A stretch of DNA of 64,000 nt from Candidatus Cloacimonadales bacterium (GTDB lineage: Bacteria > Cloacimonadota > Cloacimonadia > Cloacimonadales > JAIOQZ01): contig OY762463.1 of assembly GCA_963665815.1 (NCBI GenBank), forward strand, positions 3,424,001 through 3,488,000, read 5' to 3'. A model generated the notes under the pieces. That model was not told the DNA's origin and ran no database searches. It worked only from the letters and a program-made list of their open reading frames with translations. The position numbers and the translations under genes are program-made. This document shows, one piece after another, positions 60,542-64,000 of this stretch; position 1 is the first letter of the stretch, and the number at the start of each line of letters is the position of its first letter.

Positions 60542-62539
60542 TTATTTTACAAGGTTATCAATTATTTCGTCTTTAACAAGGTTAGGTATGGTGATATATC
60601 CCTCTCCCTGGTGTTTCTCGTTCCAGTCTTTGGTTGTTTTTATGGCATTTTCGTTTCTTGCCCAGTTTCTTCTGGCAACTCCACCCATAACATCCCAGGA
60701 AAGAGCACTTTTGATTACATCATCCATTCTTTTGGTTCCATCAAGGACAATACCGTTTCCACCGTTGCTGGATCTTCCAATACCAACGCCACCACCATTG
60801 GAAAGCACTACAAGGGTCATTCCACGGGCAATGTTACCACCAAAGCATTGAACAGACATGTCAGCAGTGATATTTGAACCATCATATATATTAGCTGTTT
60901 CTCTGAATGGAGAGTCTGTACCGGATACATCATGGTGATCTCTACCAAGCATAACAGGTCCGATGATTCCTTTTCTTATCATTTCGTTGAATTTAAGAGC
61001 AATTCTTATACGACCTTCTTCGTCTGCATAAAGAATTCTTGCTTTTGTTCCAACAACAAGCTTGTTTTCTTCTGCAGTAGCAATCCAGTGATGATTATCA
61101 CGATCAAGAGATGATCTTTCGGGATCAATACAAGCCATAGCAGTTTTGTCAGTAGCCTGAAGGTCTTTTTCTTCTCCACTGAGGCATACCCATCTGAAAG
61201 GTCCGTAACCTCTGTCAAAGCAAATAGGTCCCATAATATCTTCTACATATGATGGCCAGATAAAGCCTTCTGTAGTGTCGTTTCCGTTTTTTGATATAGC
61301 TTTTTCGCCTGCATCGAATACAGAAGCCATGAAGCTGTTACCATAATCCCAGAAATAAGCACCTTTATCGGTAAGGTTTTTAATTACTTTATAGTGTCGG
61401 ATAAGTGATTCATCTACAAGTTTGTTAAATTTATCGGGATCATTTTCAATAAGTTCACGTCCTTTTTCAAAGCTGATACCTGCTGGTGTATAACCACCTT
61501 CGTATACGGCGTGACATGAAGTTTGATCGGAGATAAGGGGCACTTCAATATTGTTTTTATCAAAGTATTCAAGCAGATCAACAACATTACCGTGGTAAGC
61601 TATAGAAGTTGAGATTCCTTCATCTTTAGCTTCCTGCATCCATTTAGCAATCTCATCAAGATTATCGGATATTTTACTGACCCAGCCTTGCTCGTAGCGA
61701 GTCTGGATTCTGCTGTAATCAACTTCGGCAATTACACCAATACCGCCGGCAATCTCAACAGCTTTTGATTGAGCTCCGGACATTCCTCCGAGACCTGAAG
61801 AAATAAAGAAAACACCGTTAAGATCTTTATCAGCAGGAATTCCGAGATATTTTCTACCGGCATTAAGCAGGGTAATATATGTACCATGAACAATACCCTG
61901 TGGTCCAATATACATCCAACCGCCTGCAGTCATTTGACCGTAGTTGGTCACGCCAAGAGCAGTAAGTCTTTTAAAGTCTTCCGGGTTATCCCATTTACCA
62001 ACCATAAGACCGTTTGTAGATATTACTCTTGGTGCTTCCGGGCGTGATGGGAATAAACCGACAGGGTGACCTGAGCTGACAACGAGTGTCTGGTCATCAG
62101 TAATTACCTGAAGATATTTCATGATGAGCTGATACTGCATCCAGTTCTGGCATACTTGTCCCGTTTCTCCATAAGTAACCAGTTCGTAGGGATAAAGAGC
62201 GATGTCAAAATCCAGATTATTGTCGATCATGACTTGTAGGGCTCTACCTTGAGTTGTTCCCTTGTATTCATGTTCAGGTTTACCTTTCAGGTTTCCTTCC
62301 GGTCTGTATCTGTAACCATAGATTCTTCCCATGGTCTTGAGTTCTTCCAGAAATTCAGGCGCAAGTGTCTCATGCAATTCTTCGGGAATGTATCGCAAAG
62401 CATTTTTAAGTGCTGTTTTTATTTCATTTTTAGTAAGGTTAAGCCCCCTGTTCGGAGCTCTTCTGATACCTTCTTTAAACTCTTTTTTAGTTGGTAATTC
62501 ATTTGATAGTTTGATATTGATAATCTTATCCGTTTTCAT
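60542..62539 (-). CDS. hutU: Urocanate hydratase (long form)
   Basis: ELVTYGETG, YGQMTAGGWMYIGPQGIVHGT, GLGGMSGAQ, DQTSCH, GPFRW, GRDHHD. Confidence 0.97.
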   Translation of the reverse strand: MKTDKIINIKLSNELPTKKEFKEGIRRAPNRGLNLTKNEIKTALKNALRYIPEELHETLAPEFLEELKTMGRIYGYRYRPEGNLKGKPEHEYKGTTQGRALQVMIDNNLDFDIALYPYELVTYGETGQVCQNWMQYQLIMKYLQVITDDQTLVVSSGHPVGLFPSRPEAPRVISTNGLMVGKWDNPEDFKRLTALGVTNYGQMTAGGWMYIGPQGIVHGTYITLLNAGRKYLGIPADKDLNGVFFISSGLGGMSGAQSKAVEIAGGIGVIAEVDYSRIQTRYEQGWVSKISDNLDEIAKWMQEAKDEGISTSIAYHGNVVDLLEYFDKNNIEVPLISDQTSCHAVYEGGYTPAGISFEKGRELIENDPDKFNKLVDESLIRHYKVIKNLTDKGAYFWDYGNSFMASVFDAGEKAISKNGNDTTEGFIWPSYVEDIMGPICFDRGYGPFRWVCLSGEEKDLQATDKTAMACIDPERSSLDRDNHHWIATAEENKLVVGTKARILYADEEGRIRIALKFNEMIRKGIIGPVMLGRDHHDVSGTDSPFRETANIYDGSNITADMSVQCFGGNIARGMTLVVLSNGGGVGIGRSSNGGNGIVLDGTKRMDDVIKSALSWDVMGGVARRNWARNENAIKTTKDWNEKHQGEGYITIPNLVKDEIIDNLVK

Positions 62540-62548
62540 TGTTTCTCC

Positions 62549-63382
62549 TTAGTCAATATATCCTGTTTTAATAATATCCTTAGGATCTGTTTTCCTGAAT
62601 TCTATAAATTCTTTGAATTTTGCTTCAATCATATTTATAACTTCAATACTTATGTTATGGTTATTTTTGCTTTTCTTCACATGTTTTCTGAGGACAAAAA
62701 TACCATCAATTGATGAGTTCTCGATATCAGGATAAAATCCCTGCTCAATAGTTTCTGTAACGATAAATACTTTTCCCTTTTCAAATGTTTTCTTCGCTTT
62801 GTTTGAGTAATGATCTACCCTGATAAAGTTTTCTTCATTGAAATTTCTAAAAGTATGTACTGTAATAAGCGGCAGTGTAATGCTATTCTTTGAGAAGTTT
62901 CTTTTACCTGCAAGTCTGTATTGAAGATCAAGCCTCTGGGCGAGCATGAGGAATTTTGGGGAATCCTTGGTCTTCATTGTAGGATTCTTTGTGCTTGTAA
63001 TCATATTCTGTTCATACAGTTTTAGGTCAGTTGTGAATTTTTGGTATCCCCATCTGATACCGGGATTGCATTTATTTCTGAATTTTTCCATGAGTATTGT
63101 AATCAAATCATCAATGTAGGCAACTGAGAACAATTCGGAATTACTTTTGAAACCGCCTTTAGCCAGCTTATCTGCTTTGTACTTGGGATTCTGTAGTTCT
63201 GTGGCGAAATCATTGAGTACATTTAAGAAAGTATCAATTTTTGCATCTTCAGCAGCGCAATAATCTTTAGCTTCCTTTTCAACCTTTCTCCATTTGATAG
63301 AAATCTCGTTCAAATACATTCTACTAATCGGGTTTTTTTCTGTTTTCTGTAAATTTTTTAAAACTTCTGTAAAGAACATCAC
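62549..63382 (-). CDS. Bpu10I-family restriction-endonuclease-like protein, probably inactive
   Basis: C-terminal pattern KVFIVTE..IDGIFVLRK resembles the Bpu10I family; ExK motif absent; no adjacent methyltransferase. Confidence 0.45.
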   Translation of the reverse strand: MMFFTEVLKNLQKTEKNPISRMYLNEISIKWRKVEKEAKDYCAAEDAKIDTFLNVLNDFATELQNPKYKADKLAKGGFKSNSELFSVAYIDDLITILMEKFRNKCNPGIRWGYQKFTTDLKLYEQNMITSTKNPTMKTKDSPKFLMLAQRLDLQYRLAGKRNFSKNSITLPLITVHTFRNFNEENFIRVDHYSNKAKKTFEKGKVFIVTETIEQGFYPDIENSSIDGIFVLRKHVKKSKNNHNISIEVINMIEAKFKEFIEFRKTDPKDIIKTGYID

Positions 63383-63390
63383 ATCTCCAA

Positions 63391-64000
63391 TTATTGATGA
63401 TTACTAAAATATTTAATGAATTGAACTCTTTCAAAGAACTGATTGTTTTCGGATTTTCCGGCAACCTTTCCTTTGAACTCAGCGATTGATTTATAATCTT
63501 TCTCTTTCATCCAGTTTTCAATGTCTGAGAGCATTTCTTTAACAATGGCAGGAGATTTAAGGTAAAGTACTGAAGCTATCTGAACGGCGTCTGCACCGGA
63601 AAGTATTTGTTTTATAACAGCTTCACCATTGTGGATACCTGTTGTGGCAGCAAGTGAACAGTTTACATGTTTGCTGCATAGTCCTGTCCATCTGAGTGAC
63701 ATTCCAAGTTGTTCTTTGGATGTGTAAGGAGATGCTGTTGTCATTTCAAGAGTACTCAGGTTGATGTCAGGATTATTAGATCTGTTAAAGAGAACAAGAG
63801 CATCGATATTGCTGTTAGAGAGCTTTCTGGCAAATCGTACGATGTTTGTGAAATAATAACCAATTTTAACAGCAACAGGGATTTTTACAACAGCTTTTAC
63901 TTTTTTGATTATATTGAAATAAGTTTGTTCTATTTCGGAGTCTTCAAGATTGGGGTCTCCCGGAATATTGAAGATATTCAGTTCAAGAGCATCTGCACCG
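63391..64000 (-). CDS. Dihydroorotate dehydrogenase-like flavoprotein (5' end outside the window)
   Basis: Frame open to the window edge: GADALELNI, IPVAVK, LVLFNR, LRW, ATTGIH, GADAVQ, FERVQF. Confidence 0.9.
   Translation of the reverse strand, partial: GADALELNIFNIPGDPNLEDSEIEQTYFNIIKKVKAVVKIPVAVKIGYYFTNIVRFARKLSNSNIDALVLFNRSNNPDINLSTLEMTTASPYTSKEQLGMSLRWTGLCSKHVNCSLAATTGIHNGEAVIKQILSGADAVQIASVLYLKSPAIVKEMLSDIENWMKEKDYKSIAEFKGKVAGKSENNQFFERVQFIKYFSNHQ

Noticed and set aside
58435..62552. Plus-strand ORFs opposite glmM, the amidohydrolase and hutU, and similar shadow ORFs elsewhere
   Set aside because: They lie antisense to well-supported genes and show no recognisable motifs

Overview
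AT-rich bacterial DNA. The FlgD-Ig/secretion-tail proteins suggest an FCB-group organism such as Cloacimonadota (inference). Positions 1 to ~31.8 kb look like the right part of an integrated element ending at a 3'-half copy of tRNA-Arg(CCT). The element carries: a GNAT-like/nucleotidyltransferase fusion; a Rad52 + Cas4-like recombination module; a type I RM locus (HsdM with an in-frame DUF559 insert, DinD, a PHP-ATPase of Ppl/TrlF type); a membrane HEPN candidate; two envelope genes behind a duplicated structured leader; and a small tyrosine recombinase. Its most unusual cargo is a divergent amino-acid-centred cluster. One arm is PLP decarboxylase - second TyrRS - small ORF. The other is ATPase - ATPase/asparaginase fusion - asparaginase - YbaK/racemase fusion. 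This is the best candidate for an undescribed system, possibly NTPase-gated amino-acid depletion as defence. Beyond the att site lie secreted proteins, a type ISP RM enzyme, a RAYT transposase in a ~179-bp REP array, and host genes (AraC, pyk, two-component pair, beta-helix protein, glmM, amidohydrolase, hutU, Bpu10I-like, DHODH-like). All calls come from motif recognition by eye; no searches were run.
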